Part shown: in pieces, positions 1 through 6,962 of the stretch
Layout: each line of letters starts with the position of its first letter
Numbering within the stretch: position 1 is the first letter of the stretch
Source: an uncultured Methanosarcinales archaeon
GTDB lineage: Archaea > Nanobdellota > Nanobdellia > Woesearchaeales > ARS49
Assembly: GCA_964637115.1 (NCBI GenBank)
Contig: CAZWVL010000001.1
Coordinates: 127,340 to 191,339, forward strand
DNA: 64,000 nucleotides
Reading direction: 5' to 3'
The notes under the pieces: generated by a model
Told to the model about the DNA's origin: nothing
The model's input: the letters and a program-made list of their open reading frames with translations, nothing else
Database searches by the model: none
Translations under genes and position numbers: made by a program

Positions 1-417
1 AAATATCTTGGCATTCCTGAAGAAATTGTCTGGAGGCAACCATTCCCCGGACCTGGATTAGGCATCAGGGCTATTGGAAGACCGCTAACCAAAAAACGGC
101 TTGATTCGCTCAGACACGCCACAGACATCCTTGAAGAAGAAATCAAAAAAGCGGGCCTTGACAGGAAAATATGGCAATACTTCCCGGCGTTGCTGGGCAC
201 GAAAGCAGTTGGAGTTAAGGGAGATGCGGGCACTCATCAGGAAATCTGCGCCATAAGAGCAGTTACAAGCATAGACGGCATGACTGCAGACTGGTTCAGA
301 ATGCCACACCGAGTAATGGACGCAATTTCACGCAGAATCATGAATGAAGTTTCCGGCATTGGCAGGGTGTTATACGACGTTGGTTCAAAACCGCCGGAAA
401 CAATTGAGTTTGAATGA
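1..417 (+). CDS. guaA: GMP synthase (ATP pyrophosphatase/dimerisation part), 5'-truncated by the window edge
   Basis: Frame 1 is open from base 1 ([23 protein letters not shown]...[17 protein letters not shown]); PFPGPGL and SKPPxTIE are GMP synthase hallmark motifs. Confidence 0.93.
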   Translation, partial: KYLGIPEEIVWRQPFPGPGLGIRAIGRPLTKKRLDSLRHATDILEEEIKKAGLDRKIWQYFPALLGTKAVGVKGDAGTHQEICAIRAVTSIDGMTADWFRMPHRVMDAISRRIMNEVSGIGRVLYDVGSKPPETIEFE

Positions 418-426
418 GGTGAAACA

Positions 427-1074
427 ATGGTACAAGACCAAATTGAAATCAAAAGAGCATTAATCAGCGTCAGCGATAAAAGCGGACTTGCAGATTTGTT
501 GAAGAAATTAGATCCGCAGCGAAGAGGAATTGAGATTATTTCAAGCGGCGGCACGGCTGGTGCCATACGAAAACTCGGCTATACGGCAATCGATGTTGAA
601 ATTTACACCGGCTATCCGGAATCACCGGGTGGATATGTAAAAACGCTACAACCAAAAATCCACAACGGCATTTTGTTGGATACTGAGGATAGAGTACACA
701 CAGAATTTATGGAAAAACATGGTGTACTGTCGATAGATCTTGTGGTCAACAACTTGTATCCTTTCAAAGAAACAGTCAAAAAGGAAGGAATCACTATTGA
801 AAAGGCAAGAGAAGACATCGACATTGGCGGATCAGCATTAATACGCGCGTCTTCGAAAAGCTACAAGAGAGTCGCAACACTCATAGACTGGCAAGACCTG
901 GAACTTCTCGAATTGTCTGGCAATTCAATCATTACGCAGTTCGATTCCAGATATAAACTTGCGCAAAAAGGGTTTGAGCACACTGCTTCGTACGATGCAG
1001 CAATTGCAGATTACCTGCTTACTCAAGGCATACAGAACAAAGTGAGGCCATTCTACTTTGGAGACAAGAAATAA
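427..1074 (+). CDS. purH: Stand-alone PurH-type IMP cyclohydrolase (MGS-like) domain, 215 aa, no AICAR transformylase half
   Basis: ALISVSDKSGL, ISSGGTA, VKTLQPKIHNGIL, DLVVNNLYPF and DIDIGG motifs; ORF ends after the IMPCH domain. Confidence 0.85.
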   Translation: MVQDQIEIKRALISVSDKSGLADLLKKLDPQRRGIEIISSGGTAGAIRKLGYTAIDVEIYTGYPESPGGYVKTLQPKIHNGILLDTEDRVHTEFMEKHGVLSIDLVVNNLYPFKETVKKEGITIEKAREDIDIGGSALIRASSKSYKRVATLIDWQDLELLELSGNSIITQFDSRYKLAQKGFEHTASYDAAIADYLLTQGIQNKVRPFYFGDKK

Positions 1075-1155
1075 TCTGCCTGAACTGAAATATTTGCTAT
1101 TGTTAAGTAGTTAAAATAGCAAGTTATTTAAGGTTGTTAGTACTATTTTTCGTCG

Positions 1156-1875
1156 ATGAAACCATATTTTGCTCCTGAACTAACGGACAAAGTGAACAGC
1201 ATATTGTGGAGCATAGGCAATGAGCAGCGCGCCATACTTACCGGAGCAGTGCTTCTTTGGGAGCAACAGGACACGCGGCAACTGGGCGACGCTTATCATG
1301 CATGGAGCGGCAAACGCGACTGCCATGTAATTAAAAAACACCTCACTGACTGCTTAGTGCCGCTAGACATTGCGGTTCACGACCCAAAACATAATACGTA
1401 CTGCCTCACCGAGAACGGCGACTATTTTGCAAAGCCAATCGCCGTTGCCGCATTACATTTTGTTGCTGAAACCAATATTTCCTTATGCGAGATATTCCCA
1501 GGATACATGCGTACAAGACGCAATTTACCTCTTGCGCGAAACACAGCTGAATTATTACTGCAGCTTTCTCTTGGTAATCAAGAAACTGAATCGCTTGAAC
1601 GAGCCATGATGGTACAAGCGCCAGTAACTTTGCTCGTAAAGAAGCTTTTGCAAAGTGATTTGAAACGACTAAGCAAAGCAGGCCTAGTTGAGTATTCTAC
1701 TGATGGCGCGCAACTTACGGGCCGCGGCCGCACAGCGTTGCCATTCTTTTATAAATTAAGAAACGCCTTTCTTGACGAAGCTTTGCTTAAGGAGTTGCAG
1801 TCTAAAACACTTGAATTAACTGCGGACATTACCACAAAAGCAATGGAAATATACCGAAAAAAATCACCGTATTAG
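1156..1875 (+). CDS. Hypothetical protein, probably two winged-helix domains
   Basis: Two wing-like segments, LVPLDIAV...TYCLTENG and LSKAGLVEY...AQLTGRG; pattern recognition only. Confidence 0.45.
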   Translation: MKPYFAPELTDKVNSILWSIGNEQRAILTGAVLLWEQQDTRQLGDAYHAWSGKRDCHVIKKHLTDCLVPLDIAVHDPKHNTYCLTENGDYFAKPIAVAALHFVAETNISLCEIFPGYMRTRRNLPLARNTAELLLQLSLGNQETESLERAMMVQAPVTLLVKKLLQSDLKRLSKAGLVEYSTDGAQLTGRGRTALPFFYKLRNAFLDEALLKELQSKTLELTADITTKAMEIYRKKSPY

Positions 1876-2589
1876 AGATGATAACAATTTCGCGCCTTCA
1901 ATTAATCTGGGGCCCGGACGATTAAGCAAAGAATCATCAATCACGAACACTTTGTTGTTCTTGACTGCCTTCAAGTCTTTCCAGCCCTCTCTTTCAGTGA
2001 TTTTTTCCTTAGGAACTCTTGTGCTTACACCGCACCAAGAAATTACGATGATGTCAGGATCAAATTTTTTGACATCTTCTGTCGTGATTAAATGGCTGAC
2101 AATGCCGCTTTTGCCCAAACTAATGCCACCGACAATTTCCACTATATCCGGCACCCAGTTGCAGGAAACAGTCATTGGCCACTCCTCAACGTAAACTTTA
2201 ACAGAAGGCGAACGCTTAAGACTTTTCAAAACATCATTCATACCGGCAACAAGATTGTCAGCTTCAGCAGCCTTGTTTACACATCTGCCGATAGCCACGA
2301 AAGAATCGAACACAGACTGCAATGTTCTCGGATCGGTATGAAGCACGTTCATACTGATGGACTGCAGCTCACTTGCCAATTTTTCCTGCACGATAGTTGA
2401 TGTGAAAATGACATCCGGCTTTGCTGCGCGCACCTTGACCAAATCAACATCAACCCAGCCACCCATTTTCTGCTTTGCAGTTGCGGCAAGCGGATAATCA
2501 CAAAACTTTGTCACGCCAACTATGTCATCATCCAAACCAAGCGCAAACAAGAGTTCGGTGATGCTTGGCGACAGGGAAACAACCCGCAT
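1864..2589 (-). CDS. BtuF-like cobalamin/Fe-siderophore substrate-binding protein without a signal peptide
   Basis: RVVSLSPSITELLFALG, VGVTKFCDYP and LNRPGPRLIEG motifs of the helical-backbone metal receptor family. Confidence 0.85.
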   Translation of the reverse strand: MRVVSLSPSITELLFALGLDDDIVGVTKFCDYPLAATAKQKMGGWVDVDLVKVRAAKPDVIFTSTIVQEKLASELQSISMNVLHTDPRTLQSVFDSFVAIGRCVNKAAEADNLVAGMNDVLKSLKRSPSVKVYVEEWPMTVSCNWVPDIVEIVGGISLGKSGIVSHLITTEDVKKFDPDIIVISWCGVSTRVPKEKITEREGWKDLKAVKNNKVFVIDDSLLNRPGPRLIEGAKLLSSLIR

Positions 2590-2607
2590 ACCGACGACAG
2601 AGATGCA

Positions 2608-2625
2608 TTAATATATAAGTTTTTC
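2608..2625. promoter_or_regulatory. Probable bidirectional archaeal TATA/BRE element
   Basis: TAATATATAAGTTTTTC lies about 20-30 nt upstream of the btuF-like start on the minus strand and upstream of a structured region on the plus strand. Confidence 0.5.
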
Positions 2626-2641
2626 AAGCCTACAGAACATA

Positions 2642-2750
2642 TCAAGAACCACCAATAATGCGTATGTTTGTGGTGGTTCTTGAGTATGCTCGGAAACCCC
2701 GTGCTTATCCAACCGGATAAAACTAGTGGTTTCCGAGCAGGGGTTTCCGA
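2642..2750 (+). ncRNA. Candidate structured 5' leader or small RNA
   Basis: 13-bp perfect inverted repeat (2642-2654/2671-2683); 12-bp helix (2687-2698/2728-2739); alternative 11-bp helix (2690-2700/2740-2750); inner hairpin TTATCC-AACC-GGATAA. Confidence 0.4.
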
Positions 2751-2753
2751 CAT

Positions 2754-3470
2754 ATGCCGACCAAACTAGCACCAGGAGTTTATGCAGTAGACGTTTGCAC
2801 GTATCTGCCAGATGTTAAAACACTCATAATTTCTGATTTACACTTGGGATATGAGGAATCGCTAGGGAAGCAGGGAGTTCTTGTGCCAAGAACACAATAT
2901 AAACGGATATTAAAACGGCTTGACTGGATACTTGAGCACGTTGCAGTTGAACACGTTGTTCTTAATGGAGATGTAAAGCACGAATTCGGCACGATTTCAA
3001 AGCAGGAATGGAGAGAAGTAAGAAGATTAATGGAGTACTTCCAGAAGAATAACATTGAGATTACTGTCGTCAGAGGAAATCACGATACCATTCTTGGACC
3101 AATTGCACGCGTTTTGCAAGTGAAAGAAGTTACAGAAGCGTGTCACAAAAACATCCTGATAACGCACGGCGACTATGTTCCAAAGAAATTATCTCCAATT
3201 ATCATCATGGGGCACGAGCATCCTGCAATAACTCTCCGAGAGAAAGCAAAATCTGAGAAATTCAAGTGTTTTATCAAGGGAAAATACAAAAAAAGTACAT
3301 TGATTGTACAACCATCAATGAATCCCCTTACTGAGGGCACTGATGTACTGAAAGAACAAGTGTTAAGTCCGCTGATAAAAGATATTCTGAGTTTTGACGT
3401 GTTTATTGTTGACGATAAAACGCACGAAGTATTGCCGTTTGGGAAAATAAGAAAACTTAGCAGTCAGTAA
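2754..3470 (+). CDS. Calcineurin-like metallophosphoesterase (archaeal ICC-like)
   Basis: ISDLHLG, LNGDVKH, RGNHD, THGD and GHEHP motifs. Confidence 0.9.
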   Translation: MPTKLAPGVYAVDVCTYLPDVKTLIISDLHLGYEESLGKQGVLVPRTQYKRILKRLDWILEHVAVEHVVLNGDVKHEFGTISKQEWREVRRLMEYFQKNNIEITVVRGNHDTILGPIARVLQVKEVTEACHKNILITHGDYVPKKLSPIIIMGHEHPAITLREKAKSEKFKCFIKGKYKKSTLIVQPSMNPLTEGTDVLKEQVLSPLIKDILSFDVFIVDDKTHEVLPFGKIRKLSSQ

Positions 3471-3600
3471 GACTCTTTATCGGTGTTGATTCATCATCGT
3501 TTGAGAACCATCTGTCGCTGCCGTCAATGTGGCCGCAGCTCTTACAGACTGTCTGCACTTCGCCAACCTTCAGTTTTTTGCATTTAGGACACTGTATCAT
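3457..3600 (-). CDS. 47-aa zinc-ribbon microprotein (not in ORF track)
   Basis: Manual translation MIQCPKCKKLKVGEVQTVCKSCGHIDGSDRWFSNDDESTPIKSLTDC*; SD-like GGTGGA upstream; paralog of 3706-3849. Confidence 0.75.
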   Translation of the reverse strand: MIQCPKCKKLKVGEVQTVCKSCGHIDGSDRWFSNDDESTPIKSLTDC

Positions 3601-3705
3601 GTTATCCACCCTTTCAATAGAGTAATTCAGAATTTACGACTTTATAAGCTTTTCGGTTTTTGTCACAATAAGGTAGTAAATTACTGTTTATTTTCTATAT
3701 ATAAA

Positions 3706-3849
3706 TTATTCTAACTCTTTAACAGAAATATTCTCATCATCCAGAGTAAACCACCTGTCGCCACCAGTGTTGAAAGTATACATGCAATACCTGCAGAAAC
3801 TCTGCATTTCTCCGATGGCCAATTTTCCGCATTGCGGACAATGTGTCAT
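3706..3849 (-). CDS. 47-aa zinc-ribbon microprotein
   Basis: MTHCPQCGKLAIGEMQSFCRYCMYTFNTGGDRWFTLDDENISVKELE*; SD-like GGGGT upstream; start chosen by alignment to its paralog. Confidence 0.75.
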   Translation of the reverse strand: MTHCPQCGKLAIGEMQSFCRYCMYTFNTGGDRWFTLDDENISVKELE

Positions 3850-3887
3850 TTTGTACCCCTTTGGAACCCCGCGGTCTCTAGAACAAG

Positions 3888-3915
3888 TCCCGCAGGCACT
3901 TGCGCACCTGCGGGA
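3888..3915. other. GC-rich hairpin between micro-ORFs
   Basis: TCCCGCAGG/CCTGCGGGA 9-bp inverted repeat; smaller hairpins at 3944-3960 and 3967-3984. Confidence 0.55.
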
Positions 3916-3983
3916 TTGTCGTAGTGAGTGAAGACTATGAATCGAGAACATTCGGTTCTCAGGCATGGAAAACTTTCAGTTTC

Positions 3984-4106
3984 CTACGCGTCTAACCAAT
4001 TATACTCGGGCACGTTTCGGTGCTCACAGGCACGGCAGACATACGGATCATTTGCTGCACTCTTGCCTATGATTTCCCCGCAACCCACGCAGTGTAGTTT
4101 TTTCAT
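3984..4106 (-). CDS. 40-aa zinc-finger microprotein (not in ORF track)
   Basis: MKKLHCVGCGEIIGKSAANDPYVCRACEHRNVPEYNWLDA*; CxxC...CxxC; ATGA overlap with the upstream ORF. Confidence 0.7.
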   Translation of the reverse strand: MKKLHCVGCGEIIGKSAANDPYVCRACEHRNVPEYNWLDA

Positions 4107-4219
4107 CGTCGCATTAACCGGCGAAGAACACTGTCAAAGTGTTCTTCGTCGCTCTGATGTAGTTTAACAAAATCCCTGATTTCCTCGACGTCCCGGATGA
4201 AGACCTTATTCGAATTCAT
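4103..4219 (-). CDS. 38-aa microprotein, antitoxin/ribbon-helix-helix-like tail (not in ORF track)
   Basis: MNSNKVFIRDVEEIRDFVKLHQSDEEHFDSVLRRLMRR*; GGGAGG SD upstream; its stop overlaps the next start (ATGA). Confidence 0.6.
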   Translation of the reverse strand: MNSNKVFIRDVEEIRDFVKLHQSDEEHFDSVLRRLMRR

Positions 4220-4400
4220 CTTCATCCTCCCAGGCATCGACCATTTCGTTGTCTGCTAGCTCCACCCCCTTCTCAAAGGCAATCTCCCATGGAGCCGCGT
4301 CATCAGCCTTATCTTCCATGATCTCAATCTGGTCCTCTTCTTCCACGCCTAGGTGGTCATTGAAATGGGCCTGCTCAACAAGTACTAGTTTTTGTTTCAT
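4206..4400 (-). CDS. 64-aa highly acidic protein
   Basis: MKQKLVLVEQ...WEIAFEKGVELADNEMVDAWEDEDEFE*; strong GGAGGTG SD. Confidence 0.75.
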   Translation of the reverse strand: MKQKLVLVEQAHFNDHLGVEEEDQIEIMEDKADDAAPWEIAFEKGVELADNEMVDAWEDEDEFE

Positions 4401-4504
4401 ACACCCCACCTCCTGATTATATTATAACCCTGAGAGTCAATATGGGAGAATTTCATTTATATTTTGTCCTGATAGAATATAAAATTTATATAAGATGGCT
4501 GAAT

Positions 4505-4619
4505 TTATAATGAGGAGAAAGATTTATATAGAAATGCCATATTTATCAGGCACTATTAACCATTTATAGTGTATAAGGGGGCATTGCTAAACTTTAAGGG
4601 GGATTATAATGAGGAGAAA
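4505..4619 (+). repeat. 16-nt direct repeat TTATAATGAGGAGAAA (4505-4520 and 4604-4619)
   Basis: Exact match 99 nt apart; the second copy contains the regulator start codon. Confidence 0.8.
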
Positions 4620-5508
4620 AGTTATACAAATAGCGGAATCAACACAACTTATATCACTCCCGCGCAAGTGGGCGCTCAAACACAGTGTAAAAAAAGCGCA
4701 AGAACTTGAGGTTGAAGAGCAAGGAAACAAGCTCGTTATCTCCACAACCACAGAAGACGAATCCAAAAAAGGAGTTCTAGATTTAAGAGACCAGCCAAAG
4801 CTCAAAAGACGCTCGGTCTGCGCAGCATATCTCAGAGGTTATGACGAGCTTGAAGTTCTGTATTCCAAGCCAGAATACATCCAAATCATCCAAAGCATCA
4901 TCCCAGAATTCACTGGATACGATATTATCAAACAAGACAAGAACAGTTGCGTCATCAAGCAAATTTCAAAACCAACAGCCGAAGAATTCGAGAATGTGTT
5001 CAATAGACTATTTCTTTTGCTTCACGACACGCTCCAAATGATGACGGACGGTTTAAAGAAAAATGACCTTGAGCAACTTAAAGGCATCCAGTTCAGAGAA
5101 GTAAACATCAACAAATACTCAAATTTCTGCAGAAGACTTGTCAACAAAGGTGGCTATTCAGCTCCGGAAATTAACAGCAGCATTTATTTCATATTGATGA
5201 GTATTGAGTTTCTTGGAGACGAATGCAAGGATTTAACGCGATACATACTTGAAGAAAAGAAATTTGACAAAGAGCTTGTACCAATTCTTGAAGAAATGAG
5301 CCTTTTATATGAAAACATGTATTTAGCATTCAAAACAAGGAGCAGAATGAAATGCGCTGAGAATGCTCTGGTGTATGACAAGCTGCATTTGCATGTTGAA
5401 AACATGTTTAGAAAGGCCAAAGCAGACCATATCGTTTACCACTACGTATCCCGCATAATCCAAATCATTGTTCAAATGCAGGAAGCAGTGCTGTTACTTT
5501 CGGTATAA
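4609..5508 (+). CDS. AbrB-domain/PhoU-like phosphate-uptake regulator
   Basis: N-terminal RKVIQIAESTQLISLPRKWA (AbrB/SpoVT-like) followed by all-helical PhoU-like repeats. Confidence 0.75.
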   Translation: MRRKVIQIAESTQLISLPRKWALKHSVKKAQELEVEEQGNKLVISTTTEDESKKGVLDLRDQPKLKRRSVCAAYLRGYDELEVLYSKPEYIQIIQSIIPEFTGYDIIKQDKNSCVIKQISKPTAEEFENVFNRLFLLLHDTLQMMTDGLKKNDLEQLKGIQFREVNINKYSNFCRRLVNKGGYSAPEINSSIYFILMSIEFLGDECKDLTRYILEEKKFDKELVPILEEMSLLYENMYLAFKTRSRMKCAENALVYDKLHLHVENMFRKAKADHIVYHYVSRIIQIIVQMQEAVLLLSV

Positions 5509-6231
5509 TCCGAAAATCTCTTTTAGAATCAGCCTGTAGCTGGCAAATCCAGCATATACTTTTTTCGCGCCGGCCTTTTTCATCTCTCCGCCCGTATATT
5601 TACTTGCGTGCAGAACACCGATTGGTATCGCTTCAACCATTTTAGCTGCTTTCATATCATTCAATGAATCTCCAAACACCGCAACTTCAGCATGATTGAA
5701 ATCATGCTTGTATTTTTCCTCAAGCATGCCAACACAACTTTCAATTGCGCGAACACGATCGCTTGCAGATACTATTGCGGTAACGTATCTACGAATTCCA
5801 GTGGCGCGCAATATTGATATACACGCTTCCTCAGGCCCGCCTGTATAAACGCCAATTGGAATATCCGCGCTTCTGAGCTCCCTAAAGAACTCCTCTACAT
5901 TTTCGCATAAATATTTATTCGGATTTTTCTCGGCCCTTATGCGCCTTGCCAATCCAGATTCGTACTCATTCTTGCACGCCAAAAATCGCCCGAATGAAGC
6001 GTCTTCTGGAACAAACACCTTATTTGCTTTCTTGTATGCGAGTTCCAAGACATCAATTATGATTTGAGTCATCGACACACCACAATATGCATTTCTTTTC
6101 AGCAAAGTCATATCCCCGTGAACTTTGAAATTTCTCCAAAGAGATTCAGCCAATGCCTTATTTGCAACATCTGTAATTTCAACCAACGTCTTATCACAAT
6201 CAAATAATGCGACCTTTGCTTTAAACATCAT
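5494..6231 (-). CDS. HAD-superfamily hydrolase (paralog B)
   Basis: Motif I LFDCDKTL, motif II YTGG, motif IV FGDSLND. Confidence 0.85.
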   Translation of the reverse strand: MMFKAKVALFDCDKTLVEITDVANKALAESLWRNFKVHGDMTLLKRNAYCGVSMTQIIIDVLELAYKKANKVFVPEDASFGRFLACKNEYESGLARRIRAEKNPNKYLCENVEEFFRELRSADIPIGVYTGGPEEACISILRATGIRRYVTAIVSASDRVRAIESCVGMLEEKYKHDFNHAEVAVFGDSLNDMKAAKMVEAIPIGVLHASKYTGGEMKKAGAKKVYAGFASYRLILKEIFGLYRK

Positions 6232-6962
6232 TACACCTTCACACCAAACACTTCGTAAATTATTTTCTTATAATCACGGAAACTTTCATAAATTTTGAAA
6301 GGCTTCTCATTCTGCAAATCCTTCTCTGAAAACAAGCTTTTTTCCAAAATGCCAACACTCTTGGCCTTGTATTTATTGGCTGAGCGAATATCATTGGGTG
6401 CGTCGCCGAACACAGCAATGTTATTTGTCGGCAGACTCCCGATTTTGGGCCGCAGGTCCTTGATGCACATGTTAATGAGCTGAACGCGGTCTACTGCGCT
6501 TTTGTGATCGCTTGTGCATGTAGCTTCAAAATAGCCTCCAAGGCCTGTTACTTCCAGAACTTTTTTATGTACATCGGAAATTCCTCCAGTAAACACCCCG
6601 CGATGAATTCCTGTTGCACGAAGAGCATCTAGGAACTGATAAACCCCAGGGCATACAAGTCTTCGCGGCTGTGTGTGCTCTGTAAGATGAGAATTCAATG
6701 CTCCTACATAATTTCTCATAGCGTCCTCAATTTTTGAATCAATGTACCAGTGTTCATAATCAGTTTTTTTTTCAACAAGCCGTGCAATTATGTATGCCAT
6801 GTGCTGGCCTGCATATTCAGAAGGGCTAAGATCGCCCAGCACACCGTGAATCCCGAACACCTTGTGCATTGTTTCGTCCAGCGCGCGGTCTACAAGGTGC
6901 GAAATCTCAATCAATGTCTTATCGGTATCGAACAGTGCAATCTGCTTATGTGCTTTTATCAT
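6231..6962 (-). CDS. HAD-superfamily hydrolase (paralog A)
   Basis: LFDTDKTL, FTGG, FGDAPND; TAATG overlap with paralog B; start could be at 6986. Confidence 0.85.
   Translation of the reverse strand: MIKAHKQIALFDTDKTLIEISHLVDRALDETMHKVFGIHGVLGDLSPSEYAGQHMAYIIARLVEKKTDYEHWYIDSKIEDAMRNYVGALNSHLTEHTQPRRLVCPGVYQFLDALRATGIHRGVFTGGISDVHKKVLEVTGLGGYFEATCTSDHKSAVDRVQLINMCIKDLRPKIGSLPTNNIAVFGDAPNDIRSANKYKAKSVGILEKSLFSEKDLQNEKPFKIYESFRDYKKIIYEVFGVKV

Noticed and set aside
2590-2753. Cobalamin riboswitch upstream of the btuF-like gene
   Set aside because: A TATA-like element lies only about 20-30 nt from the btuF start, leaving the structure outside its leader, and I could not find the B12-box consensus.
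3860-4200. RNase P or other large ncRNA suggested by dense hairpins
   Set aside because: No GAGGAAAGUCC-type conserved RNase P core is present, and most of the region is explained by coupled micro-ORFs.
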